From positions 3,763 to 67,762 of the IMG/VR virus record IMGVR_UViG_3300029922_000054: a DNA stretch of 64,000 nt; one strand, given 5' to 3'. Below are positions 37,101 to 44,609 of this stretch, one piece after another. This stretch comes from a virus. Position 1 is the first letter of the stretch. Each line of letters begins with the position of its first letter. Under the pieces are notes generated by a model. It saw only the letters and a list, made by a program, of their open reading frames with translations. It was not told the DNA's origin and ran no database searches. Both the position numbers and the translations under genes were made by a program.

Positions 37101-39408
37101 TTTTCCACTTGGCCGTCAGCGCATCCAGTGCGCCCTGGGCGTTCGTCTTGTCCCGCGCCGCCTTGCGAATGTCGGCCGGGCTGATCTCCTTGGCGTGGTA
37201 GTAGGTCCCGCTGAAGGGTCCTGCGCCCTTCACTTGCGTCCGCGCCAAGTTCTCGGCATTGGCCGGCTTGAACTCGGATGCGGCAGGAACGTGAACGTAG
37301 GGATGCTCGCCTTTAACCACGGCATCTGTCCAGCGCTGCAATTCCTCTCGGCTCTGGCCCGGCGCGATCGGTTCGCCCATCATGCCGGCTTGCGCGTGAT
37401 CTTCCTGCCGATGAGCCCGGCGCTGAATCTCTTGCTCGACCAGCCGCTTACGCACTCCAGCCGTAACCGTCGCCGTTCTGCGAATCAGCGCGTCAAGCTG
37501 TTCCGCGGTCGTTTCCATTGGGGCCGCTGCCAGCACCACAGCAGCCTTCTGAGTTGCAGGCGTATCAGGGATTTCCACTGGCTGTTCGAGTCCTGTGGAC
37601 TTCTCGGCTGGCTTCTTCGTCTCGGGCGAAATTGCTTGATCACGTTCCTCCTGGGCTTGCTTGGCGCTCTCCTGGCGCTCCTGGATGGCTTGCTGTTGCT
37701 TCTCCTGCACCGCCTTGGCCTGTTCGGTCTGCCGGTCTACCTCATCGTTGATGATGCCTACAGCAGTCGTCTGAGCAGCCTTCTGGCTGTCTACGTTGAC
37801 CACTTTGCCATCAGGACCGATGGCCGTCTTCTGGCCAAAGAGCCACTTGGCGAGGTTGCCGGTAGCTTCGAGGATGGCATGGGGGCGCAGCGCGGGGGGC
37901 AATGCCTGGATCGCTGCTCCTGTGTGATTTACCGTGTCCTGCGTCAGAATCCCTTGGTCTATTCCGGCAGGAGGAGGAATCTGCTTTGAACCAACTTCTC
38001 CGGGCTTTGGTGCTGGGGGCGGCGGCGGCGCGAGTCCTGCAATCTGGGCGGCCTGCTTATTGATGTTGGCAGCGCTGGCCGCAACTTCAGTGATCGTTTG
38101 CGATTGCGCTTTCTGCTGGATGGCAACAGGATCAGGTGGAGCGGGCGGCGCGGGGCGCGGCAGACCGGCCGACGCAAACATGCTGCCGACTACCTGCTGG
38201 GCTTGCGCAGGACTCGTAATCGGAATCGGTTTCCCATTCATTCCGAGGATGCTGCCCTTGGCGATGGCCTGCTTAATCGTCTGATCGTGCGCCTGGAGAG
38301 TGAGCTGGTCACGCATCTCTGGAGGCGCGTTTTGTACCAATCCTGCAATCTGCGAGACCAGCTTCGGGGTAACGACTCCCGCCGGGTCACTGGATTGCAG
38401 ATAGAAGTTTGGAGCTGCGCCGCCATTGGGTGATGGCGCGGATGTAGCGCCGGGGGTAGACGTGGGTGATTCTGGACCACCACCCAACCCGGTTGTCGGC
38501 CCCTGGCTGCTGAAGTCCACGTTTGGATTGCTGCGCGGCTTGGCCCATCCAAATTTGAACGAACCCACCTGCCCGGCAACGCCCACCGCATCAGGACTCG
38601 TCGCGGCAACGCCTTTTACTTTTCCACCAAAAGCCTCAACCCCGGCACGCTGCGTATTTCCCTGCGTTTCCGTGAAGGCTTGAACGCCAGCCAGCTTCAC
38701 CATCGTGTCGGGAATGAAGAACGCTGTGGTCTTGAAGAATTCTTGTTCGTTCGGCGTCGCGCCCATTTTGGCAGCAACGTCCTGCGCGGCATTTCCGGCA
38801 AGGATTCCTGCTCCATAAGAGATGGCAGCGCGGATTGGAGCTGCGGCGATTCCAACGGCCATCAGCGGCTTCGTTACGCCCATGGTGCCCGACAGGACTT
38901 GAGTCCCGCCAAGGGCAGCCTGATCTATCGGATTATGTTCTCGTCCCTTAGGACTTTGGGCATTCTCGTAACTCTCACCGAAATTAGTTAACCCTGCGCC
39001 GATCTGCTTGATGGCTCGGACAGGGTGATACTCGAACGCGCTGGTGTCCGACTGGCGCTGCTGGCGCGCCGTCTCTGATTCTGTCGGCTGGATGTTCAAG
39101 GCGCGCGATACGCCCGGCGCGTAGGTTTCAAGCGCTTCTCCAGGACCAGAGTTGGCAACCCATTCCCGTGCGCGCTCAAACATGCCCGGCGCAGGCGCGG
39201 CGCTAAGAGTCGCATTGTGCGGTCCTGCGCCTTGAGGTTGTGGCGTTGGCTTCTGCTGATTGGCGTAGGGATTGACAGGACCCTGCTGTTGCGGAGCGCC
39301 TTCAATCTCAACATCGGAAGAGGAAAGTGATGGCGTTTGGCTTCCACCGGAGGATGGAGGCGCGAGTTCTACATCTGCCGAGGACAGATTGACCGTCGAA
39401 GTGCCCAT
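28126..39408 (-). CDS. Giant DarB-like polyvalent internal virion protein (ART-like, N6-adenine MTase, Strawberry-notch/SF2 helicase)
   Basis: 3760 aa; LYHGS...WFST...A.NY; YSTP, EPTAGNG, NPPF; GDQTGVGKGR, DESH, GSTGISLHA, QILGRVNRTGQ. Confidence 0.85.
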   Translation of the reverse strand: MGTSTVNLSSADVELAPPSSGGSQTPSLSSSDVEIEGAPQQQGPVNPYANQQKPTPQPQGAGPHNATLSAAPAPGMFERAREWVANSGPGEALETYAPGVSRALNIQPTESETARQQRQSDTSAFEYHPVRAIKQIGAGLTNFGESYENAQSPKGREHNPIDQAALGGTQVLSGTMGVTKPLMAVGIAAAPIRAAISYGAGILAGNAAQDVAAKMGATPNEQEFFKTTAFFIPDTMVKLAGVQAFTETQGNTQRAGVEAFGGKVKGVAATSPDAVGVAGQVGSFKFGWAKPRSNPNVDFSSQGPTTGLGGGPESPTSTPGATSAPSPNGGAAPNFYLQSSDPAGVVTPKLVSQIAGLVQNAPPEMRDQLTLQAHDQTIKQAIAKGSILGMNGKPIPITSPAQAQQVVGSMFASAGLPRPAPPAPPDPVAIQQKAQSQTITEVAASAANINKQAAQIAGLAPPPPPAPKPGEVGSKQIPPPAGIDQGILTQDTVNHTGAAIQALPPALRPHAILEATGNLAKWLFGQKTAIGPDGKVVNVDSQKAAQTTAVGIINDEVDRQTEQAKAVQEKQQQAIQERQESAKQAQEERDQAISPETKKPAEKSTGLEQPVEIPDTPATQKAAVVLAAAPMETTAEQLDALIRRTATVTAGVRKRLVEQEIQRRAHRQEDHAQAGMMGEPIAPGQSREELQRWTDAVVKGEHPYVHVPAASEFKPANAENLARTQVKGAGPFSGTYYHAKEISPADIRKAARDKTNAQGALDALTAKWKSEAPEQKPVELKSEDVETEEVSQVPAATPREQAATEKLRELTHRGAGDGEMLEARQEQGAAGAEAVGPPRDVELVEKPEGAVLPSDLSKSKPRYGYRDKNFEVDFEDPTDLAAYTLTQKTPNKAQDRFLQYYRDQFGTTAGLQPHARRVKEALKKLAKDSNPEDGPLKLLSQAGTMPEPITLPPEAATGLTVLVDDHASTDPTATLDDVLRHKDTGNFIAQALVNDGIITNSADNVNPKTGLLTTSAKAKVGDALLAELLPPAVIEQTPEFLKQKLLGTMGAIKGIQSAGEGWNLQDQIVAATERYGQIFRGLDTHDQGPVVEAILKKLDDPIDKVRAAFSSFAVAATNHDPSDKPFFDFNLAFGTELTEEQFKAGLKPVEKSVSQPLVEEMKPANNETTRLYHGSAQHGRYDGPAWFSTDENYARNYRSGAELQYVDIPTDKFNELRGYDPNDPLDQGVVPKSTIELESSITGPRRPLSANSGAKREVARPLAKGDKVTYRTNKGKELTGEVAWTDGKKVRVTDNGSTVNKNIEDVKPIESSAEPAKKTHGTSLVDYLQDRFENGRAPKNYNDLKNLVELYDRQEPDQLRMKEGQEAYEAMLNRAGRDIVARTEGYGHGLTNEQAFNKLVSLYEGQPNLSIRTSTSIANQAYSTPLPLAFIADRFAGIDKQATVYEPTAGNGALLIAANPELTLANELNPARAQTLEYEGFSVTRQDATVWGPTKRQDAVVANPPFGPLAGPVKVDGYNVVKLDHLIVAKALGAMKDAGKAAIIIAAGDREKPGEITNQVRPFFNWLYAHYNVVSDFELEGDLYSRQGASYPVRMIAIDGRVRSAKVSPDAAAIQRLKTWGEVYDKAAEHLGTNLAGQRPADNVAGGPMRDESADTGAVSRTATGRNRPTDSGEPEASPARTGSDGGTEPQPGPIAHSGRVASPRVGSTDSTVRPDGDVARSDRLAEGQPAPRTVRRGTAEPDGHSANALADETNQFQTSYRPHSSKKDVAVMAPKALIDPMQTAMDRIADEVGDIDQWVTDQLGYPDVETMHEAFMGIQTDAIAAAIYQMQRGKGTVIGDQTGVGKGRVAAAMIRWAELHGHIPIFVTESAPLFSPMYADLQDIGSGQTISPLLFNADASITDPKTGAKIFQNPGAMRPVLERIRETGELPKGRNAVFLTYSQINTDNRQQLTLHRIAPNAIFILDESHNAGGDSNTGNFLSELLTGSKGVVFLSATWAKRPDNLPLYAGMTDISTAIPDRALVADAITAGGAPLQAVLTSLLAETGQFVRRERSFDGIDIKNVVDEKNEAEHTRISDKVTEVLRGIVKADALFHNLDFDRIQKEAKRKGGGAQSKGVVVQHMEFSSIVHNLVKQLLLALKADTAANEIIAAIERGEKPVFALENTMGAFLDSYIQGHNLSEGDSLAGLDYSRISDRALMRTRYYNETDPMGNKNRVEVPLDDLSPQVREAYDETQALIDALQVDLPVSPIDYIRAKVEKAGYKIAEITGRNWRIDYSGDVPKLATVPGIERKDRVNTATQFNNGGLDALIINRAGSTGISLHAGEKFRDQRPRHMIVGQPAGDVNIVMQILGRVNRTGQMVLPKYTMLAAALPAEQRPAINLAKKMKSLNANVSSNTRAATSVKAVDLMNKYGDKIVAQYLSDNPEMARLLGLKADTNEKGEPTGNEGLAMKATGHSALLPVAQQQEFMDSISEAYTNYIDFLDETGQNDLEPRTYDFAARENHIERMYQGIDPTSPFGQDAQYGEYSIKRQGKPFTPEEVMEKIADTFGPAAMQLPPRERDTLAARDLAAHFEELYKPYVTGLTNEGSIERAQQMRTRGRQLLNDYRVSTGVRIELNGEQYNGIITNIEGAKKPSGNPYAPSALQFTIAVNSGLRQTKVPGSQMDALVTSNLGRNADVRQLFKDYGSDRQKAKIITGNLLGAYGELKTGSKGRIISFTMEDGTTKLGILMPSKFDIKSDVNGTYAMRTPEGALSFLETGDAYLQSSGQEIGVVGPSNRREGYEIKTKTSKSAAGKFFLDPKLLDTVQGGEFASSNGLMKATIKDGRELDALKAIMGKISLYANPEHIDKAREHDEKAKTELDKPKMPKRAKGSVTMSFLGMGALDPLATKLLQPVVDYTKKATVATWKEATSAVKMAGASAKAMGHEVAAAFAPASVADTDALDIMGKALGEPALRLFEAGQFLHSISQMLDSLSPEERIEFVDRWQTGKEQPTQDLQNAQEFMQEVLSQQRLREQVAINLGKRKNQEVELSDKTNYFPNRYKVAPGGEKALTEDQQIARLGQVSRRPFEGSKGFMKQQRYTLKEAVADGAVPLGNPVEMLLRRLQEGAKFVAARYAWYNFKDQGLAMFLKGSKKLPKDYSYVDDKSGNVWRMVQSVDGDTFPVQTGRWIIQKDAARLLNNYLSVDHIKGGEVLSAFVKLKNFSTEMKLAISAFHWAYITVENMASVLNTGMDKVVNQGIRGLDPTKVSAGLADIAKTMVAPYTAIKRGGQIVQYARNPDEFLESPEGKKFAERYPDFPHLMELLFTGGLRWNIAGQFQGSFGDHCLDAWKDGEIGKGIAKFLPWLSHGLMTPLFNHYIPRSKWAFAVELLSTKLAQYSYAIASGERTEEEIAREVAQTTDNRFGELNWDSLYLNNDLKSAMQFFFRSATWAIGSWRGAAQAVKEQASSKMFDDKMFEKMDAQAKKGNWLSQARRATSRLPQLGVNAGWILSMALLTSTLGSVTEKLATDKFPWEWAQQDTENNGMSVETNSALEAMHPRTGPLDAHGEPIRMSWPTGLKDYEHGYENPGRYAKGKVSDVAVNAWNTAMNRTYQGDYIFNPNDPFYVQMWQGLKYNAVGDLTPMSADNWLRTYGPQDPASKAERFTGLIGGAPKSLDRSHALSQAIELRDVAHPHTPLTPEQQADRAYSQETPTRHSIRAAARAKNLDYLERIFKTLSYTDAKAVYDDPKTTVAERTELKPFLDKKRINAIKSARRK
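34158..34538 (-). CDS. Probable overprinted gene nested out of frame in the giant protein
   Basis: 126-aa same-strand ORF with GGGGAG 6 nt before the ATG and helical protein-like composition; the host frame here is a low-complexity linker. Confidence 0.55.
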   Translation of the reverse strand: MTKPLNIWAPILQGNDRPTMSLAVPCGTKAPTPEQYPELLQDAIDRLIQENPKRARRELEAMGGPSPSPDLSHIAVGSPVQEWAPQIAQLDRMAMLLGQIDWQKDNPPRELSDEELPSLMDILQML

Positions 39409-39411
39409 AAG

Positions 39412-39978
39412 CTATTGTGCTCCTTTGCCGGTCTTCAAATAGCTCTGCATCTTCTGCAAGATTTGAAGTTGTCTCGGTGAATACATGGTATTTCCAGATT
39501 CCTTTTGTCCTTGTCGCCCTTCACCTTCATTTGCAATCCATCCCCTTAGATATGCGTCATAGGTGGGGTTCCCGTGTGGTCCTTTGGACCCATTAACGTC
39601 ATCCCACCATGTCTGGCGTTTCTGCTGGCGAGCGCTTTCCTGCGGAGTAAAGCTCTGCATGAACTGAGTGCGTAGACCATTCCAATATGGATCGCTAGAC
39701 ATCCCGTGCATGAGGTCTCCATAGACGGCCTGTTTCAGCGCGCCGGGATTATTCCTTAGTTTTGGGTCGTAGATTTCGAGAGCGTTCTTTCCAGGAGCAG
39801 GGTGTGGGAAGTCAGAAGTCCCCGCATCGTTGGACGACCAAAACTCTAAACCGCCACGTTCTTTTAGTCCGCGTTGCGCACGTTGACCGTTGGCAAACAC
39901 CACAGATGTATTGTTCGAGTTGAAATTCTTGGCTAACCCAGGATTCTCACTCAGCACCTGTTGCAAAACGGGATGCAC
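39412..39978 (-). CDS. Hypothetical protein (possible virion-associated)
   Basis: 188-aa ORF between the ejection genes. Confidence 0.55.
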   Translation of the reverse strand: MHPVLQQVLSENPGLAKNFNSNNTSVVFANGQRAQRGLKERGGLEFWSSNDAGTSDFPHPAPGKNALEIYDPKLRNNPGALKQAVYGDLMHGMSSDPYWNGLRTQFMQSFTPQESARQQKRQTWWDDVNGSKGPHGNPTYDAYLRGWIANEGEGRQGQKESGNTMYSPRQLQILQKMQSYLKTGKGAQ

Positions 39979-40004
39979 GGGAGCGGTTTGAGGAGCGCCG
40001 CTCC

Positions 40005-41513
40005 CTACTGAGGGTTTGGCGGTCCCAAGCCGCCTCCTGCTTGCTGTGCTCCAACAATCAATTTTCCCGTCTTAGGATTGAGCCCTTTGACCACCGCAGG
40101 CTTGCCATTGACCATGACGGTCTGGCCGGGCGTGAAGGTCTGGCCCTTGTACTGGAAGGCACCAGCTTGCTGCTGCGGGGCTTGTTGTGCCCGTGGAGCG
40201 GCTGGTGCCGGCGCGGCAGGACTCGCTACCCTCTGGCCGCCCCTGCTCCAAGTAAAGTCGGGATTGATTGTCATGTGCCCTGGGCCGCTCGGATCTACTC
40301 CGATCTTCTGCTCGAACGTGTCCTGTATCGACTGCATCTGTGTGGCTGCATCCTTGGGTGACAAGGTTCCCGCCTGCAGAGCAGTCTGTGCTGCTGTCAT
40401 ATCGTGCTGCTTGGCTTGTAGGATCACGTCCTTCTGGGCCTGGGTCATCCCCTGGTTCCTCGGTGCCACAGCGCTCCCATCCGGGTTCTCGCGGATGTTG
40501 ATGTTGGTCCTGACGCTCGGCGTCACCTTGCCGCCGCTGGCGACGATGGCGCGCTGTTCAGGAGTGAGCTTCACTCCAGAGGCTTCGAGCGCCTTCAGAG
40601 TGGCTACTCCCTTTTGGGCCTGGGCATTCGCTACGTTCTGCGGCTGCTTCTCCCAGTTGGCAATCCACTTGTCAGGCGGCGGTACATTTTTGATGGTCCT
40701 GCCGTCGGCTGTCGTTCCGGTGCCCCCAGCGTAGGGGTTGTTCGGATCGTCGGGGGTGAATGCTGTGATCGCATTGCGCCGCGCCGCGGCCTGAGCTGCA
40801 AAGTTCCCTGCGCGTGCCGCATCCTGTTGGGCGATGATTCGGTTTCGGTAATCCGACTCAGCGATGCGCCCCTGCTGTTCGGCTGAGGCATTTGCTCTCT
40901 GAGTTGCCGCGTCCTGCGCCTGGTCAGCGCCGATCCTTGCTTGGATAGGGGCCTCATCACGTGCCCATTGTTCTCGCGCTCGGTTGGCAGGAGCTTCATT
41001 GACGGCTTCCGCGACCTTCATACCCTCCGCAGGATTACGCGAACCAAAAGCTACTGCTCCACCGGCAAGAGCTGCTCCCAGACGCCGCCAGCGACTCGGC
41101 TTGATGTTCTGCCCAGCCTCTTTGGCCTTCTGCACCTGCATGGCGGCGTAGTCGGCTGAGTGATCTGCAAACGGTGAGAGGGAAACAGCCGCAGGTGCAG
41201 TGATTGGCTTGTACGGATCTTCCGAACTGTCTACAGGTTGGCCAGAGACAGCATACTGCGCGGCTCCCGTGTCGCCATCTCCACCAACTTCAATACCAGA
41301 AAGGTCCTGCCCCTGGGTTTCAGGCTGCTCGGAAGATTGCCTATAGGCTGCTGCGTCATCCACCGGAACGACTTCAGGGGTACCCTGCTGTCCACCCGGT
41401 TCCGCAGGACTCGGAGTCTCGTTCTCTGAATCAGGTTCAACCGGGCCGCCAGAGAAGTCAGGAGCAGCACTCTGGGGAGTTTCTTCTTCTTCGTCTTGGC
41501 TAAAAAGTGCCAT
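40005..41513 (-). CDS. Putative DNA ejection / internal virion protein
   Basis: A/Q-rich, GAALAGGAVAFG segment, upstream of the giant protein; GGGGAG RBS. Confidence 0.6.
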   Translation of the reverse strand: MALFSQDEEEETPQSAAPDFSGGPVEPDSENETPSPAEPGGQQGTPEVVPVDDAAAYRQSSEQPETQGQDLSGIEVGGDGDTGAAQYAVSGQPVDSSEDPYKPITAPAAVSLSPFADHSADYAAMQVQKAKEAGQNIKPSRWRRLGAALAGGAVAFGSRNPAEGMKVAEAVNEAPANRAREQWARDEAPIQARIGADQAQDAATQRANASAEQQGRIAESDYRNRIIAQQDAARAGNFAAQAAARRNAITAFTPDDPNNPYAGGTGTTADGRTIKNVPPPDKWIANWEKQPQNVANAQAQKGVATLKALEASGVKLTPEQRAIVASGGKVTPSVRTNINIRENPDGSAVAPRNQGMTQAQKDVILQAKQHDMTAAQTALQAGTLSPKDAATQMQSIQDTFEQKIGVDPSGPGHMTINPDFTWSRGGQRVASPAAPAPAAPRAQQAPQQQAGAFQYKGQTFTPGQTVMVNGKPAVVKGLNPKTGKLIVGAQQAGGGLGPPNPQ

Positions 41514-41531
41514 GCTTCAATCTCCCCTGTC

Positions 41532-42110
41532 TTAACCTTTTGATAAATATCCGCCGGCCGCTGTTCCTACTGCTCCAATTCCCGCATCGATCATGCCATT
41601 GGTCGCCTGCTCCTGAGCGTCGGCACCCTGCTGTGCAGTCGATAGAGCGCTGTTTTGCCCATTGAGAGAAGTCGAGTAGAGATTCGATTCCAGACTGGCT
41701 CCCGTAGCCTCATCGCCGAGAAGAGACTGTTTCTCGTTTTCCCATTTGCTCTCGTTCTCTGTATTGCGGGTGGCGTTGTAATCTGTCATATCCCGCTGGC
41801 CTGCTCGAGCATTCTCAGAAACGGTGCTTGCGAGGGCTGCGCTGTTCGTCCCAGTCCTGGCTACAGTTCCCTGCTCCTTCTGCTGCGCCGCAGTATTCGC
41901 TGAATTCATGGCGCCAGAAGTGTCGAGGTTTTGCTGGGTCAGATAGTCTTTGGACTGATAGGGATTGCCGGCAGAAAGCGTCGAATTGACATTGCTCAGG
42001 TAGTTGCTAACGTCTCCCGAAGCCGAGCTATACGAACTGGCCGCGTTGGTGCCGTTCGTCGTAGCTGCATCATCGGCTACTGCTGCTTGGTCTCCTGCGG
42101 CTGAACTCAT
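41532..42110 (-). CDS. Putative DNA ejection (pilot) protein
   Basis: S/A/N/Q-rich with a C-terminal GIGAVGTAAGG glycine motif. Confidence 0.6.
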   Translation of the reverse strand: MSSAAGDQAAVADDAATTNGTNAASSYSSASGDVSNYLSNVNSTLSAGNPYQSKDYLTQQNLDTSGAMNSANTAAQQKEQGTVARTGTNSAALASTVSENARAGQRDMTDYNATRNTENESKWENEKQSLLGDEATGASLESNLYSTSLNGQNSALSTAQQGADAQEQATNGMIDAGIGAVGTAAGGYLSKG

Positions 42111-42130
42111 TGGCGCTCCCGTCCGAGGGA

Positions 42131-42143
42131 AAGAGTAGCACGG
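42131..42143 (-). promoter_or_regulatory. Late promoter motif CCGTGCTACTCTT
   Basis: Extended -10 type TGcTACTCT; one of four copies upstream of late genes. Confidence 0.6.
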
Positions 42144-42145
42144 GC

Positions 42146-42589
42146 TTACAGGTGGCGAGTCCACCGCGAAAAGGTGTCATCCCCGCACTTAAAGCCGAGC
42201 TTTTCCAGCAGCGGCCTCATGCGCTCCCGCAGTCCATGGTTTGTATTGATGATGGCCTGCTTGAATCCAATGCCTCTGAGCCACGCGTAGAGGTCTGCTT
42301 CGAGTCCTGCTGTTTCCTCGAAACCTGCTTCCGTGCAGGTGATCTTGCTGATTTCTACTATGGATTGGACATAGAGCGCATCGACGATCTTGCCGTGCTC
42401 ATTTTCGGCCACCAGTGTCAACAGGACCGGAGGACTGAAAAGGCCGATCTGACTCTGCTTTTGATGGAGGAACCGCTCTGTCACGTTCCGCATCTTACGG
42501 ATGCGCGGAAGATCATCCGGAACGGCCAACCTCCACGTCAGCCGTCCCGTCTTCTTGCTGTACCCTTTCCAGAACTCTGCAGGATTCAA
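42146..42589 (-). CDS. GNAT-like acetyltransferase (T7 gp13-position virion assembly protein)
   Basis: TTG start overlapping the upstream TGA, GGGGAG RBS; WRLA..DD...LVAE...LEKLGF pattern. Confidence 0.55.
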   Translation of the reverse strand: MNPAEFWKGYSKKTGRLTWRLAVPDDLPRIRKMRNVTERFLHQKQSQIGLFSPPVLLTLVAENEHGKIVDALYVQSIVEISKITCTEAGFEETAGLEADLYAWLRGIGFKQAIINTNHGLRERMRPLLEKLGFKCGDDTFSRWTRHL

Positions 42590-44550
42590 ATCAAGCTCCC
42601 CTTGATAGCCACCCATCCACTTGAAGTGTAGATGTAAAGAATCTTCGCAGATCCATCTACAAGTTGCTCTCCCAAATAACCAGGGGCAGTCGGTGCGCCA
42701 GAGGTTGTACCGGCAGAGGTTGACGTGACCAGCACGGATGCGGTGCTGTAGAAGGCCGGTACCGCCGTGCTGGCTGCTGCGATAGTGTGCGTGCCAGCCG
42801 TCACTGGAGGCGTGTAGACTCCATCTGCTGTGATGGTGCCGACTGTCGCGTTGCCGCCGACAATCCCATCCACTGACCAAGTGACCGTCTTCGTCGCATT
42901 TCCTGTCACGGTCGCAACGAACGTAATCGTTTGGTTGATGTTCAAGATGGAGCTGCTAGGCGTAATCGACACCGCCATACCTGTTGCTGGTGATTCTGCC
43001 GAGGGAGTGAAGGTCCAGGCAAAGGCAAACCAATTCACATTTCCACCCCAGCTATTACCCGCTCCATCGACGTAGATAAGCTGCGCTGTCGTATCAGCAA
43101 TGTCGCAGTTGGAAATGGCGTGCAGAACATTGTCTCCTGAACCAGAGAAGCTGGCAGGAGTGGCGATCGAGAGCATCTGAGTTGAGTTGTATCCTGTCGG
43201 CAATCCGAAAGAGCTTCCGGCCGGAATAGAGCCTGACCCAAAAGCCACTTGATTGTTTCTGCCAAGATTGATGAGAACCCACTCCCCACCCTGTACGGCC
43301 ACTGTCTCGCGGCCCGGCATCCATGCTATGGCTATCCAGTTTACCGACCCTGGCCAGACGTTACTGGCACTCCCAGTATCTGCGTAGGTGGCTTGGATTG
43401 TCAGGCCATTCAGTCCGCACTGATTGACGCCGTGGGCTCCGTTTCCTGTACCAGCCCCGCCATGAATCGAGCAGATGGAACGCATGTTGCTAGCATTTAT
43501 CCAGGGCGCATCGGTTGGTGTGAAGATTGTTTCGCCGTTTGCTCCTGATCCCTGGCCAATGGCGAACTTGGATCCGCCTGGAAGCGTGATGACCGTCCAT
43601 GCCGATAGCCCGTCAGGACTCACATAGGTCTTGAGAGCGCCAGATATTCCTGCTGCTTCAGGGGTGAAGGCGATGGCAATGAAGTTTGCATTTCCGCTGT
43701 AGGTGCTTTGAGGCCAATTGCGATCTCCGTACTTCATGTCCACGGTAGGAGGATAATCTGCAATTCCCGATGTGCCGCTGTTGGCAGCTTCTACCGTGAT
43801 GGCACAGGATGCAATATCTGTCACTTGAGGAGGAAGCGCGTTAAATCCGTTGGGTCCCGCTAGCGCAACCATCGAGGATGAATAAAGCCCCTGCGGAACA
43901 CCGAACGTTGCTCCATCCTCGGCGAATCCATCTCCTACACCAATCAGGACGCCACCGGGCAAGCTAAAGAGAGCCCACACAGAATTTGATTGAGTCTCCA
44001 CAGTAACGGTCTCAACCAAAGACGACTGGCCAGAGTTCGCATCCTTCCACGAGTTCCAATTAACGCCGTCGTAAGTAGACCTGAATTGAACATACCAAGT
44101 TCCAGTTCCGAGTCCTGTCAATGTCCAGTATGTTTGCGTCTGACCTGTATCCCCTCCAAACGTTTGCGTATTCGAGTTGACGTTGAAAGCCCGGCTTGTC
44201 GACACGCGAATCTGATGATAGATCGGAGTGACTGACTGTACAGATGTTTTCGCTGTCGCATTCTGAGCGGACTGAGCTGCTTGGAGTTGACTTATAGCTG
44301 ATTTTCCACCAGGATTCACAAGCTGTACGATATACGAACCATTCAGAAGGCTCACAGTTCCGGTGGCTTGCTTTGGCCGGGCAGCGGATGCGTTCGGTTG
44401 TCCCGCCGTAGTTCCTGCAACAGCAGTTGTCGATGTTACTGTCTGAGTTTGCGAAGACACTTGACTGAGAGAATCAAGGACTTCGCGCAGATCCTGATTC
44501 CCCTGACTAGCCGCTATCGTCTTCTGCTGCGAAATTGTTGGCGATCCCAT
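42586..44550 (-). CDS. Tail fibre / tail protein with three internal repeats and an Ig-like domain
   Basis: Repeats W..(F/I).LPGG...G.G; C-terminal VSITP...F.ATV.G..N..VTWSV...GTI...G.YT.P. Confidence 0.7.
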   Translation of the reverse strand: MGSPTISQQKTIAASQGNQDLREVLDSLSQVSSQTQTVTSTTAVAGTTAGQPNASAARPKQATGTVSLLNGSYIVQLVNPGGKSAISQLQAAQSAQNATAKTSVQSVTPIYHQIRVSTSRAFNVNSNTQTFGGDTGQTQTYWTLTGLGTGTWYVQFRSTYDGVNWNSWKDANSGQSSLVETVTVETQSNSVWALFSLPGGVLIGVGDGFAEDGATFGVPQGLYSSSMVALAGPNGFNALPPQVTDIASCAITVEAANSGTSGIADYPPTVDMKYGDRNWPQSTYSGNANFIAIAFTPEAAGISGALKTYVSPDGLSAWTVITLPGGSKFAIGQGSGANGETIFTPTDAPWINASNMRSICSIHGGAGTGNGAHGVNQCGLNGLTIQATYADTGSASNVWPGSVNWIAIAWMPGRETVAVQGGEWVLINLGRNNQVAFGSGSIPAGSSFGLPTGYNSTQMLSIATPASFSGSGDNVLHAISNCDIADTTAQLIYVDGAGNSWGGNVNWFAFAWTFTPSAESPATGMAVSITPSSSILNINQTITFVATVTGNATKTVTWSVDGIVGGNATVGTITADGVYTPPVTAGTHTIAAASTAVPAFYSTASVLVTSTSAGTTSGAPTAPGYLGEQLVDGSAKILYIYTSSGWVAIKGSLI

Positions 44551-44609
44551 TCTTTCTCCTAGCCCTCGTACTCTTGCCAATACTGCTCAGGCACCGCAGT
44601 GCTTACAGC

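Noticed and set aside
29131-37989. Long plus-strand ORFs (410, 398 and 338 aa) opposite the giant gene
   Set aside because: Antisense shadows expected from GC-rich codon bias; no RBS or protein motifs.
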